Below are positions 48,986 to 58,579 of a stretch of DNA of 64,000 nt, piece by piece. The position numbers and the translations under genes were made by a program. The notes under the pieces were generated by a model. The model had not been told where the DNA came from, ran no database searches, and saw nothing but the letters and a program-made list of their open reading frames with translations. How positions within the stretch are numbered: the first letter of the stretch is position 1; the number at the start of each line of letters is the position of its first letter. The stretch lies in assembly GCA_963726195.1 (NCBI GenBank), contig CAVSBO010000004.1, forward strand, positions 288,001-352,000, in the 5' to 3' direction. The DNA is from Candidatus Thorarchaeota archaeon. GTDB taxonomy: Archaea > Asgardarchaeota > Thorarchaeia > Thorarchaeales > Thorarchaeaceae.

Positions 48986-50014
48986 TTGGTGAAGACAGTA
49001 GAAGCAATCGACCTTGTCAAGCAGTTCAATGGGTTGACTGCTGTGGATAAGATCAATATGTCTGTTGAAAAAGGCGAGATATTCGGACTCTTGGGACCGA
49101 ACGGTGCGGGGAAGACCACCACGATAAAGATGCTCATCACCCTGTTGAAGCCCACCAGCGGCAAAGCGATTGTTGCAGGATACGACTGCGTAACGCAGGC
49201 CGATGAGGTCAGAAGAAGAATCGGCTACGTACCACAGGAATCGGCGCTTGATGGCAGGCTGACCGCAGCAGAGAACCTTGAGCTGTTCGCAGAGCTTTAC
49301 GGCTTGCCCAGGAGTGATATCAAACCCAGGATAAACGAGGTCCTTGAACTCGTGGAGTGAGAAAAGAGGAAGAATGATCTTGTATCACATTACAGCGGCG
49401 GAATGAAACGGCGTCTCGAGATAGCACGCGGTCTGCTTCCGACGCCTCAGGTTCTCTTCTTGGATGAGCCCACTTTGGGTTTGGACCCTCAGAGTCGTCG
49501 AGTAGTGTGGGAATTCATCCACAAGCTGCAGAAGGAATGGGACCTGACCATCCTGACGACAACTCATTACCTTGACGAAGCTGAGAAAGAAATGGACCGG
49601 GTCGCCATCATTGACAAAGGAACAATCATGGCCCAGGGGCCGCCCGAGGATTTGACGACCGATTTTGGGAAGGATGTGGTTGAGCTCGTGGTCAAATCTG
49701 ATAGCGGGGGTAATTCCGGAGAGCAACTGAAATCGAAGCTTTCTGCTCTTCAAATCAGCTCCGACCTGTCGGTCAGTGATCGGAAAGTCAGACTCGGTGT
49801 TCCAAACGGAAAGACCGCACTGCCTTCCATAATTCACAGGGTAGAGTCCGCAGGGCTTGAGATTGAATCAATCTCGGTGAGAAGCCCGTCACTTGATGAT
49901 GTCTTCATGAAATACACCGGGCGTGGTATCAGAGAGGAGGAAGGTCCGTCAGATAGTGCGGACACCAAGAAGCAAAGGGCAATGCAGTTGGCCCGAATGA
50001 GGGGGCGAGTGTAG
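48986..50014 (+). CDS. ABC transporter ATP-binding protein (DrrA/NodI-type), interrupted by in-frame TGA at 49358
   Basis: GPNGAGKTT, YSGGMKRRLEIARGL, FLDEPT.GLDP, TTHYL.EA, SLDDVF..YTG; both halves in the same frame. Confidence 0.92.
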
Positions 50015-50015
50015 A

Positions 50016-51258
50016 ATGGCTTTCAGAGCAACACGCGCAATATGGAAGCGAGAAATGAGGAAGTGGAGAAGAAACAGGACGCAGCTGATTCAGCTCCCTG
50101 ATGCTGCCGATTCTCTTTCTTCTGGTGATCGGGAATGCTTATTCAGGTTCATTTTCAGACGTACCTATCGCCATAACGAACCTTGATCCACTGACCCCTG
50201 CATGGGTCTTTGAACAAGCTCTTCGAAACTCAACAACTCTGACTGTCGTTGCGTCCAACATATCGGTCTCGGAAGCAAATGCGATGATTGACAGCGGGAA
50301 GATTGCGGGTTTTGTGTACATACCTGTGAATTTCAGCAAGACCCTCTTGCCATTGCCTTGGGGTGTCACTCCCAACCTAAGTAACAGAATCAATGTTACT
50401 GACGACAATACCAACATCATGATTTCGCAAGCGTTGGAAGGCCTTGTGGCGCAGGTGTTGAATGTGACACTGCACGACAATAGAGTCGCGTCATGGTTCA
50501 CGGATACTACACACATCCCATTCCGCATATCGGGATTGTCCATTGGCAAGGTTGACAGGTACTCAACGGGCTTCACCTTCATTGACTTTCTCGCGCCCGG
50601 CATACTGCTTATGACAGTCCTGTTCACTTCACTGTTCGCTGCAGGCATGCCAATCATACTTGACCGAGAGGTAGGTTACTTTGACATGCTGTTGTCAACG
50701 CCAACCCGCCGTAGTGATCTCGTTCTCGGGTTCACGCTAGCAGGAGTGACGAAGGTAATAGCTCAGGCCACATTCGTTCTAGTGATTGCTATCATATTGG
50801 GAATCCACATGGTACTGTCAGCACTAACGATTCTTTACATCTACATCTTGGCCACGCTTCTGGGGCTAGGGTTCGTGGGAATCTCGATTGCGCTGAGCGT
50901 GAAGGTTGAGCTAACCTCGATGCAGTTCATCAACGGACTGATCAACTTCCCTGTGTTCTTCCTATCGGGTGCGTTCTACCCAGTTGAGTCACTGCCCGCG
51001 TGGCTGAAATCGGTGGTATTGCTCAATCCAATGACGTATGCTGTGGATGGACTGAGAGCAGTCATGATCAAGGGCTCAAGCATTCTCAGTGTCATGCCGG
51101 ATGTAGTCTTCGTTGGTGTTTTTGCACTACTCACGCAGATCCTCGGGAATCTGGCGCTCTATCTTGCATTCTCAGGAAGAAAGATCCAGATACGGCACAG
51201 AAAGCATGCGGTGGTTGCCGCAGCTCCTGTTGCACAACCGCCAACTAACCCGCAGTAG
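50016..51258 (+). CDS. ABC-2 type transporter permease (frameshift near 50090)
   Basis: AIWKRE.RKW.R, DFLAPGIL, DRE.G....L.TP, FLSGAFYP..SLP.WL, NPMTYAVD.LR. Confidence 0.9.
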
Positions 51259-51362
51259 AGAGAAATCGGTAATGAGAACCAGCCCATCCATATTGTTGTC
51301 GGTGGACTGGTTCATTCTGCTTTTTGGAGAATCAGTTACCTTGGGAATTCGCGAGAAGAAAC

Positions 51363-51566
51363 CTAACCTTCCTCAATCGCTCCCTCGGGGCATGAATCAG
51401 TACAAGCATAGCACTCTGTGCATTCATCGGCACGCTTGACCTGATACTGGGATGTCTTCTTCTTCGTCTTCTTGTCTTCATTGAGAACGTAGAGCGAAGG
51501 ATCGACCGGGCAAACGTCTACGCATGTGCCACATCCAGTGCACTTGCTGTTAACTTTCCAAATCAT
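51363..51566 (-). CDS. 2x[4Fe-4S] ferredoxin
   Basis: CTGCGTCVDVCP and CTECYACTDSCP. Confidence 0.93.
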   Translation of the reverse strand: MIWKVNSKCTGCGTCVDVCPVDPSLYVLNEDKKTKKKTSQYQVKRADECTECYACTDSCPEGAIEEG

Positions 51567-51734
51567 TGTTGTCCACTCTTGGATTGCTTTGTCAGCGGAC
51601 CTTAGGTCCGACAGTCCTGAGGCCTTGGCTTTCCCATATAAGCAGAATGGTTAGCTCCTCTAGTCAATTGAGGGAACACTATCGAACATCCAGAATCCAA
51701 GACCAATGCTGACCACATTTAACCCAAAGAACCT

Positions 51735-52025
51735 CTACTTCTTGGAGGGCGAGAAAATCGGGTCAGGAGTCCATCCTGCCTCTTCCTTGTCCTCGGGACT
51801 TGCCGTAAGGAATGACTCGTAATCTAAGACACCCTGAATGCGAGGCAACTCGTATAGTGCCAGCGTCTCAAAGTCCTTCAGGTCTGGAACTTCGATACAC
51901 ACGATGACGTCATAGGGGCCTGAGTAGATCGTGCATGCCGCCTTCACACCTCTCAGCTTGCGGATGCGTTCCCTAACCCGGTACGCGTGTCCCAGTTCTG
52001 TTTTTACGCCCACGAAGACCCTCAC
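51735..52025 (-). CDS. Stand-alone Lrp/AsnC ligand-binding (RAM) domain protein
   Basis: V...I.KL.GV.....SGPYDVI..IE, LPRI.GV...ES. Confidence 0.85.
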   Translation of the reverse strand: MRVFVGVKTELGHAYRVRERIRKLRGVKAACTIYSGPYDVIVCIEVPDLKDFETLALYELPRIQGVLDYESFLTASPEDKEEAGWTPDPIFSPSKK

Positions 52026-52095
52026 GTCAATCAGAAATGCATACGCAATTCCGGGTTAAGTGCTTATCTTCGGATGTTGAGAGTTTGAAAGCATC

Positions 52096-53661
52096 TCATA
52101 TCGAGGGAGCACGTTTTGGTAACCAGATTCGGAAGTCTGCTCCCTGGCTAGGACAGCCAGCCACCCGATCCCGGACTCGGATTCGCCCACCGTATTTGTT
52201 AAGGATGTAAGCCGTCTGATGCAGTCCCACGCCACCAAAACGACGACCACTGTCGAACAGATATGCCTTTCTTCCATCATCGATTCCCGGACCGTTGTCA
52301 GCTACCGAGAGTTCATAGCCCTCGTCTCGCTCCAGAAGGCTTATCCAAACGTGCCTCTCTTGGAGGGGGTTGTGTACGACTGCGTTCTCGATTATATTGG
52401 TCAGCAGGACGTCTATGAACTTGCTAGCTAGTATGTTTGCGTCGCTGGAAATCGGGCCTACGTCTATTGTTGCATGTGTGAAATCTGTTCTGATATTGTT
52501 AACCGCTCTGTTGACCGCCTCTTTCAGTGATGTGGGATAAAGCGGAGTCTCACTGATGCGCTCCGTGGCCTTGGCCTTTGAAATCATCCTCGCGCATTTC
52601 TCAAGTGTTTCCTTCATCTCGTCAAGAACTGCTTGTCTTGCGTCAGGCTCCTGATGCGTTTCAAGCAGGTCAAGTCCCGCAGATATGGCTTGAAGATGAT
52701 TTCGAATGTCATGCCCCATGAGATCTAGGTATAGGTTAGCCAACTGCTCGGCTCTCTTGATCTGTGACACATCCCTGAAGCTCCACACGCGTCCACCCAG
52801 TTTCCCGCCTTGCGTCATTGGAGAAGAGTAGCATTCCATTAACCGGCCGTTCTTGAAGACAATCGTCATCAGGTCCGCTCCCGACGATGAGGTCAGTTGT
52901 TCGACTTTCTCGCTGAACTCCCCCGGCATCTCTAGTTGAAGTTGGAGCCAGCCGAAAACCTCAGACCAGTTCATCTTCATGATGGTTCCTTCTGGAATGC
53001 CCAGCATGTCCGTCAGGCGAGGATTGACGTGTTTGACTTTCCCCTCAGAATCGACGACGAGGACACCATTATCAGTAGATTCGATTGTCGCTCTAAACAG
53101 TGCCTCACTCTCACTCAAGATTTGCTCAGTCTTTCTCCTGTAGAGCGCCTCAGCGAAGACCGCAGCGACTGCCTCTATGTCTTTCGCATCTGCATTGTCA
53201 AAGCCGACATCTTTGTTGGCCAGCCCAATAACGCCAACAACTTTGTGTGCATAGGTCAGCGGCACACCCAAGAAATTATTGAGTGGTATATGGCCGTCTG
53301 GAACTCCAACTCGAGCTGGATGCAAACTGGGATGGTTCGTCAAGACTGTCTTTCCACTGAGCACGACCTGACCTAGTATCCCGTGGACCGTCATATGATT
53401 GAGTAGCTTCTTTGCCCGTTGTCTGTCAATCTTACAATCATCCAAGGCAGCAAGGTCCATAGCAAGATAGCTAAGTGTGCCATCAGGGTTCAGCTCGTTT
53501 ATTACTCCGAACTCGCTGCCGGTGATGCGCTGTGCAATCTCAAGACACCTCTCAGCCGCCTCCTGGTCAAGGGTTTGTTCGGCTGGGCTATCGGTTGAAG
53601 TAAACACCGAAGCGCTGTGAGGAGGGTCCTTGCCTTTCTTGGATTGTTCTCTGGTAGCCAT
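52096..53661 (-). CDS. GAF-PAS sensor histidine kinase
   Basis: GAF (G.P.GH.PL.NFLGVPL, GLANK), PAS, H-box LMGHDIRN, N-box NIIENAV.H, DNGPGI, G.GL. Confidence 0.92.
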   Translation of the reverse strand: MATREQSKKGKDPPHSASVFTSTDSPAEQTLDQEAAERCLEIAQRITGSEFGVINELNPDGTLSYLAMDLAALDDCKIDRQRAKKLLNHMTVHGILGQVVLSGKTVLTNHPSLHPARVGVPDGHIPLNNFLGVPLTYAHKVVGVIGLANKDVGFDNADAKDIEAVAAVFAEALYRRKTEQILSESEALFRATIESTDNGVLVVDSEGKVKHVNPRLTDMLGIPEGTIMKMNWSEVFGWLQLQLEMPGEFSEKVEQLTSSSGADLMTIVFKNGRLMECYSSPMTQGGKLGGRVWSFRDVSQIKRAEQLANLYLDLMGHDIRNHLQAISAGLDLLETHQEPDARQAVLDEMKETLEKCARMISKAKATERISETPLYPTSLKEAVNRAVNNIRTDFTHATIDVGPISSDANILASKFIDVLLTNIIENAVVHNPLQERHVWISLLERDEGYELSVADNGPGIDDGRKAYLFDSGRRFGGVGLHQTAYILNKYGGRIRVRDRVAGCPSQGADFRIWLPKRAPSI

Positions 53662-53836
53662 TCGACTCCCTGCATGTCGTTTAGGGCATGAACCCCACTA
53701 CTCCATGGCAGATGATTCATGCGTCCTGCCTTTTGGCCGCTAGGGCTTATTACGCTATTTTGCGCCGACGTCCGCCGTCTATCCGAAGTACGCGCGTCGC
53801 TTCAGAGCAAATTCCTGTCCTCAGAGTGCTTGTGCC

Positions 53837-55663
53837 TCAGGTCACTTCATCTTTGTCGAGCCATTCTCTGAGTGTGTGTGCAGTCTTCTGTGACATGCCC
53901 TCGACTTTCGCAAGCTCCTCGATACTTGCTGACTTAACCTTCTCGTAGCTGCCAAATGCCTTCAGCAAGGCGGCCCTTCTCTTTGGTCCTATCCCCGGCG
54001 CCTCCTCGAGAATCGAGCCGCTGAATCTCTTCTCCCTTAGTATGTGGTGATACCGTTGCGCAAACCGGTGTGCTTCGTCACGTATCCTCTGAATCAGTCG
54101 CAGCCCGTCCGACTCTGGTGGAAGAGCTATCCCGTTCATGTTGTCCTGAGTGAAGATGATTTCCTCCTTCTTCGCAAGAGCAGCAATCGGGAGGTATTCA
54201 AGTCCTAGCTGACCCAAAGCCTTGAGTGCCGCGCTGAGCTGACCTTTTCCCCCGTCGACCATGATCAAGTCTGGAATGATGCCGCCTCCTTCCAGCACAC
54301 CCTTGTACCTTCTGAGTATTACTTCATGCATCATGGCATAGTCGTCAGGGGTCTCCTTCACGCGCACCCTGAACATTCGGTAGTTGTGGTTCACAGGTTG
54401 GCCATTGACAAAGACTACGCATGAGCCCGTGGGGTCGGTTCCCTGTATGTTGGCGATGTCGAAGCCCTCGATGTGGAGTGGAGCGCGGGTGAGTCCTAGA
54501 GATTCCTTGAGCTGTTTGACGCCTTCGTCAACTATGTCCTCGTCACGGTCTCCGAGTACGAGTATCTTGCGCAGGCTTCTCATAGCATTTGCATTAGCCA
54601 TCTTGACGAGCTCACTCGCTTTGCCTTCGGTCGGTTGAAACAGCTTGACTGGCGTCGCCCGGTTCTGGCTCAGCCAATCGCTGAGCTGTTCCATTTCCGG
54701 AATCTCAACAGGAAGCAGAATCTCATCAGGCACTTGTGGGAGTCTGAGGTAGAACTGCTCGACAAACGAAGAGAGGACCTCCGAGTCCGTTGTGTCCATA
54801 CTGAGTTCGAAATAGAAATGGTCGGTGCCAACGAGCCGACCCGTCCTGATGACGAGCATCTCAACCAGAGCAGCCTGCTCAGTTCTAGATATCCCGAGGA
54901 CATCCCTGTCGATCTCAGCGACATCGAAGACCTTCTGTTTCCTCATGACTATCTCTATGTCTTTGAGCCGATCCCTAAGTCTGGCAGCACTTTCGAACTC
55001 TAGATTGTTGGCAGCCTTATCCATCTCTTTCTTGACTCTTTGTGTGAGCTGGGCTTCCTTTCCCTCAAGGTATAGGCACATCTCTTCGACCATGGACCTA
55101 TACTCCTCTTTTGAGACGTGCTCCTTACAGGGTCCTGCACAGCGCCCGAGGTAATAATCGGTGCACTCCCTCTTGACCGCTTCAGGGCTCTTGCACATGG
55201 CTATTGGTATGAACTTGCGGGCAGAATCCAAGAATCTGTCCAGCCGTCTTGTGCTCCCATATGGCCCGTAGTAGTTGGCGCCGTCCTTCGCGACATCTCG
55301 AGTGACCTCAAAGACAGGGTACTCCTTGTTGAGGTCGACGCGTATCCATGCGTGCCTTCGGTCGTCCTTCAGGGCGATGTTGTACTTGGGCATATGCTGC
55401 TTGATTAGAGTCGACTCAAGAATGACGGCCTCGAGTTCGGTGTTTGTCACTATGGTCTCGAGGTCGCGGGCGTGGCTCATCAGGTCCCACGTTTTTGCGT
55501 CCTGTTCCTTCCTGCTCAGGTAAGAACTGACACGTTTACGTAGAGACTTGGCTTTTCCAATGTAAATGATCTTGCCTGCTTCGTCCTTCCAGAGATACAC
55601 ACCTGGAAGCTCCGGAAGGTCTCCAACCAGTTTGGCAAGATCGGACACATCACGAATCTCCAT
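53837..55663 (-). CDS. uvrC: Excinuclease ABC subunit C
   Basis: GIY-YIG (PGVYLW...IYIGKAK.L..RV.SY), C-C-CxxxC cluster, UVR, IEGFDI, PDL..VDGGKGQL, RDEAHRFA, HhH GIGPKR. Confidence 0.97.
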   Translation of the reverse strand: MEIRDVSDLAKLVGDLPELPGVYLWKDEAGKIIYIGKAKSLRKRVSSYLSRKEQDAKTWDLMSHARDLETIVTNTELEAVILESTLIKQHMPKYNIALKDDRRHAWIRVDLNKEYPVFEVTRDVAKDGANYYGPYGSTRRLDRFLDSARKFIPIAMCKSPEAVKRECTDYYLGRCAGPCKEHVSKEEYRSMVEEMCLYLEGKEAQLTQRVKKEMDKAANNLEFESAARLRDRLKDIEIVMRKQKVFDVAEIDRDVLGISRTEQAALVEMLVIRTGRLVGTDHFYFELSMDTTDSEVLSSFVEQFYLRLPQVPDEILLPVEIPEMEQLSDWLSQNRATPVKLFQPTEGKASELVKMANANAMRSLRKILVLGDRDEDIVDEGVKQLKESLGLTRAPLHIEGFDIANIQGTDPTGSCVVFVNGQPVNHNYRMFRVRVKETPDDYAMMHEVILRRYKGVLEGGGIIPDLIMVDGGKGQLSAALKALGQLGLEYLPIAALAKKEEIIFTQDNMNGIALPPESDGLRLIQRIRDEAHRFAQRYHHILREKRFSGSILEEAPGIGPKRRAALLKAFGSYEKVKSASIEELAKVEGMSQKTAHTLREWLDKDEVT

Positions 55664-55698
55664 TCATCGGCTGATTTGACAATGCAGTCAGTCATAAA

Positions 55699-58579
55699 TC
55701 AGGTCTTTGGAGGAGGCAGCGTAACCACGGCTGTGTGACGAGCGTTGGGACCGTAGAGGATGCTCTTGAGATGCTGCCCGGTGAATGACTCTGCTACTGA
55801 TGAAACCTCTTCTGGCGTTCCTGCAGCTACGACCGTGCCACCTTTGACCCCTCCTTCAGGACCGAGATCGATGACCCAATCTGCGGTCTTGATAACTTCT
55901 TGGTTGTGCTCGATGACAATGACGGTGTTGCCAGCGTCCACAAGGCGATTCAAGACCCTGAGGAGCACGTCGACGTCTGATGCGGAGAGACCAGTAGTAG
56001 GCTCATCCAGTATGTAGAGCGTGGAGCCGGTGCTTCTGCGTGAGAGTTCCGCAGAAAGCTTTACTCTCTGTGCCTCTCCTCCGCTGAGCGTGGTCGCAGG
56101 CTGACCCAGTTCAACGTACCCGAGACCGACATCGGAAAGTGTTTGGAGCCTGTCAGACTACTTGTGGAATGTCTCGGAAGAATTCCAGTGCTTCCTCGAT
56201 GTTCATTCTAAGAACTTCTGTGATGTTCTTGCCTTTGTATGTCACCTCAAGGGTCTCTCTGTCAAAGCGATTACCATTGCAGACATCGCACGTGATGTAG
56301 ACATCGGTCATGAAGTGCATCTCGACACGGAGCAGTCCGCTGCCTTGGCATTTCTCACATCTGCCAGCACGCGTGTTGAAGCTGAACCTGCCAGCCGTGT
56401 AGCCCCTTGCTTTTGCCTCCGGAGTCAGAGCAAAAAGCTTGCGAATCTCATCGAACACCTTTGTGTAGGTTGCAGGGTTTGATCGAGGAGTCCGTCCAAT
56501 AGGAGACTGGTCCACGAGTATCAGGCGGTCGATGTTCTCTGTCCCGTCAATCCTGTCGTGGTCGCCGGGAGTCTCTGTGGAACCGTTCATAGTCTCAGCC
56601 AAGGCCTTGTACAGGGTCTCATGGACAAGCGTGCTCTTCCCACTGCCTGACACGCCCGTGATACAGATGAACTTCCCGAGAGGAAAGGCGACGTCGATGT
56701 TCCTCAGGTTATTCTGGCGGGCACCTCTCACGACCATTGATTTTCCGTTGCCCTCTCTTCTTGTCTTGGGCACTGGTATCTGCTTCTTGCCCGCGAGGTA
56801 GAGTGCGGTGAGAGACTTGGGGTTTGCCAGCACTTCAACAGGTGTGCCGCATGCAACCAGCTTTCCTCCGTGGACACCGGCCCCGGGACCCAAATCCACG
56901 ATGTAGTCTGCCGCATTAATGGTGTCTCGATCGTGTTCGATTACCACAACTGTGTTGCCAAGGCTTCTGAGTCGAATGAGAGTGACAAGCAGTCGAGAAA
57001 TGTCACGAGGGTGAAGTCCCACCGAGGGCTCATCGAGGCAGTACAGGACACCAGTGAGCGCGGACCCAATCTGTGTTGCCAAACGGATTCTCTGTGATTC
57101 TCCTCCCGAGAGTGTCATAGATGGTCGTTCGAGCGAAAGATAGTCAAGCCCAACTGACACTATGAATGACAAACGTGACACGATTTCCTTCAGGATTAGA
57201 CCCGCAATCTTGTGCTCTCGCTCCGTCAACTCGATGTTCTTGAAGAAGTCGAGAGCATCTTCAATCGTCATTGATGTGATGCTGTCGATTGTCTTTCCCG
57301 CGACCGTCACTGCAAGGCTTTCTGGGCGTAGTCTTTTGCCGCCGCATGTCGCACAGACCTTCCTGCTTGAATATTGGCTGATGATTTTCTCTTTGGTCTC
57401 CTCGGAAAGTCTGCCACGCAGATGGCGCTCGAATCGAGGCACCATGCCTTCCCAAGTGCGAGTGATGCTAACTGTCTGAAGTCGTCCTTTGTAGTCAACC
57501 TGTTGGTAGGAGAACTTCACTCTGAGAGGAGGACGACCCCACATTATGATATCATGAACAGAGTCGGGAAGTTCGTCCCAAGGTGTATCCAGAGAGAATT
57601 TTGCTTCTGCCGCCAGAGCCTCTAGTAGGCGATAGGGCCAAGACTGCAGAGACCCGGCCCATGGCTTGATAGCCCCGTCCGTTAGACTGAGCCTATTGTC
57701 AGGAACTATCTTGTCCGGATCGATGCTGATGGTTGCACCCAGACCGTTGCAGGCCGGACACGCACCAGCAGGAGTGTTGTATGAGAAAGCCTTGGGTTCG
57801 AGCTTCTCGTACTGAATGCCGCAGTGTGGGCACATCAGTTTCTCCGCGAACACCATGTCCTGTTCACCCTCACGTGCGATAATCACTGAACCCTGTCCAG
57901 ACTCCAGTGCGGTCTCAATGGAACCCACTAGTCTTTCCCTGCTTTTTTCACCCAGCTCAACCCTGTCAATTACCACATCGACATTGTGTTTCTTGCGTCC
58001 ATCCAGTTCTAGCCCTTCTAGTTCCTGAATCTCTCCGTCAGCTCTCACTCGCGTGAAACCGTTCTCAGTCAGATGCTGAAGACTATCCTCCAGCTTTCCT
58101 GGCTCTTCTCTGGCAACGGGAGCGAGGACCAAGATTCTCTTGCCACCATTCTCCTGAAGCAAGAGCGTGGCGGCTGACTCGGCAGTGAGCTGCTCCATTG
58201 CAGCACCACACTTGATGCAGTGAGGGACGCCTATGTTGGCAAACAGAAGGCGCAGATAGTCGTGTATCTCCGTGCTTGTTCCAACCGTGCTTCGAGGGTT
58301 CTTCGTGCCGCCTTTCTGTTCAATCGAGATTGCAGGAGGCAAGCCGGTGATTGACTCAACTCTTGGCTTGTCGAGTCGACCCAGAAACCTTCTGGCATAT
58401 GACGAAAGTGATTCGACGTACCTCCGCTGACCTTCCGCGAAGATGGTGTCAAAGACAAGACTGGACTTCCCCGAACCTGACGGACCAGTAACGACAACGA
58501 GCCTATCCCGAGGAATATCAACATCGATACCCTTGAGGTTGTGTTCAGCGGCCCCTCGAACCTTGATGTAGCCTGTCAC
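55699..58579 (-). CDS. uvrA: Excinuclease ABC subunit A, second paralogue (+1 frameshift near 56155)
   Basis: [66 protein letters not shown], zinc fingers; continues in a shifted frame through TLSGGEAQR and LDEPTTGL. Confidence 0.95.

Noticed and set aside
51272-51318. AUGA-starting hairpin downstream of the ABC operon as a SECIS for the UGA at 49358
   Set aside because: It lacks the 3' GA of the core and the UGA aligns to Leu; more simply a terminator between convergent genes
52096-53661. Histidine kinase without an adjacent response regulator
   Set aside because: Orphan PAS/GAF kinases are common in archaea, so this is not notable by itself
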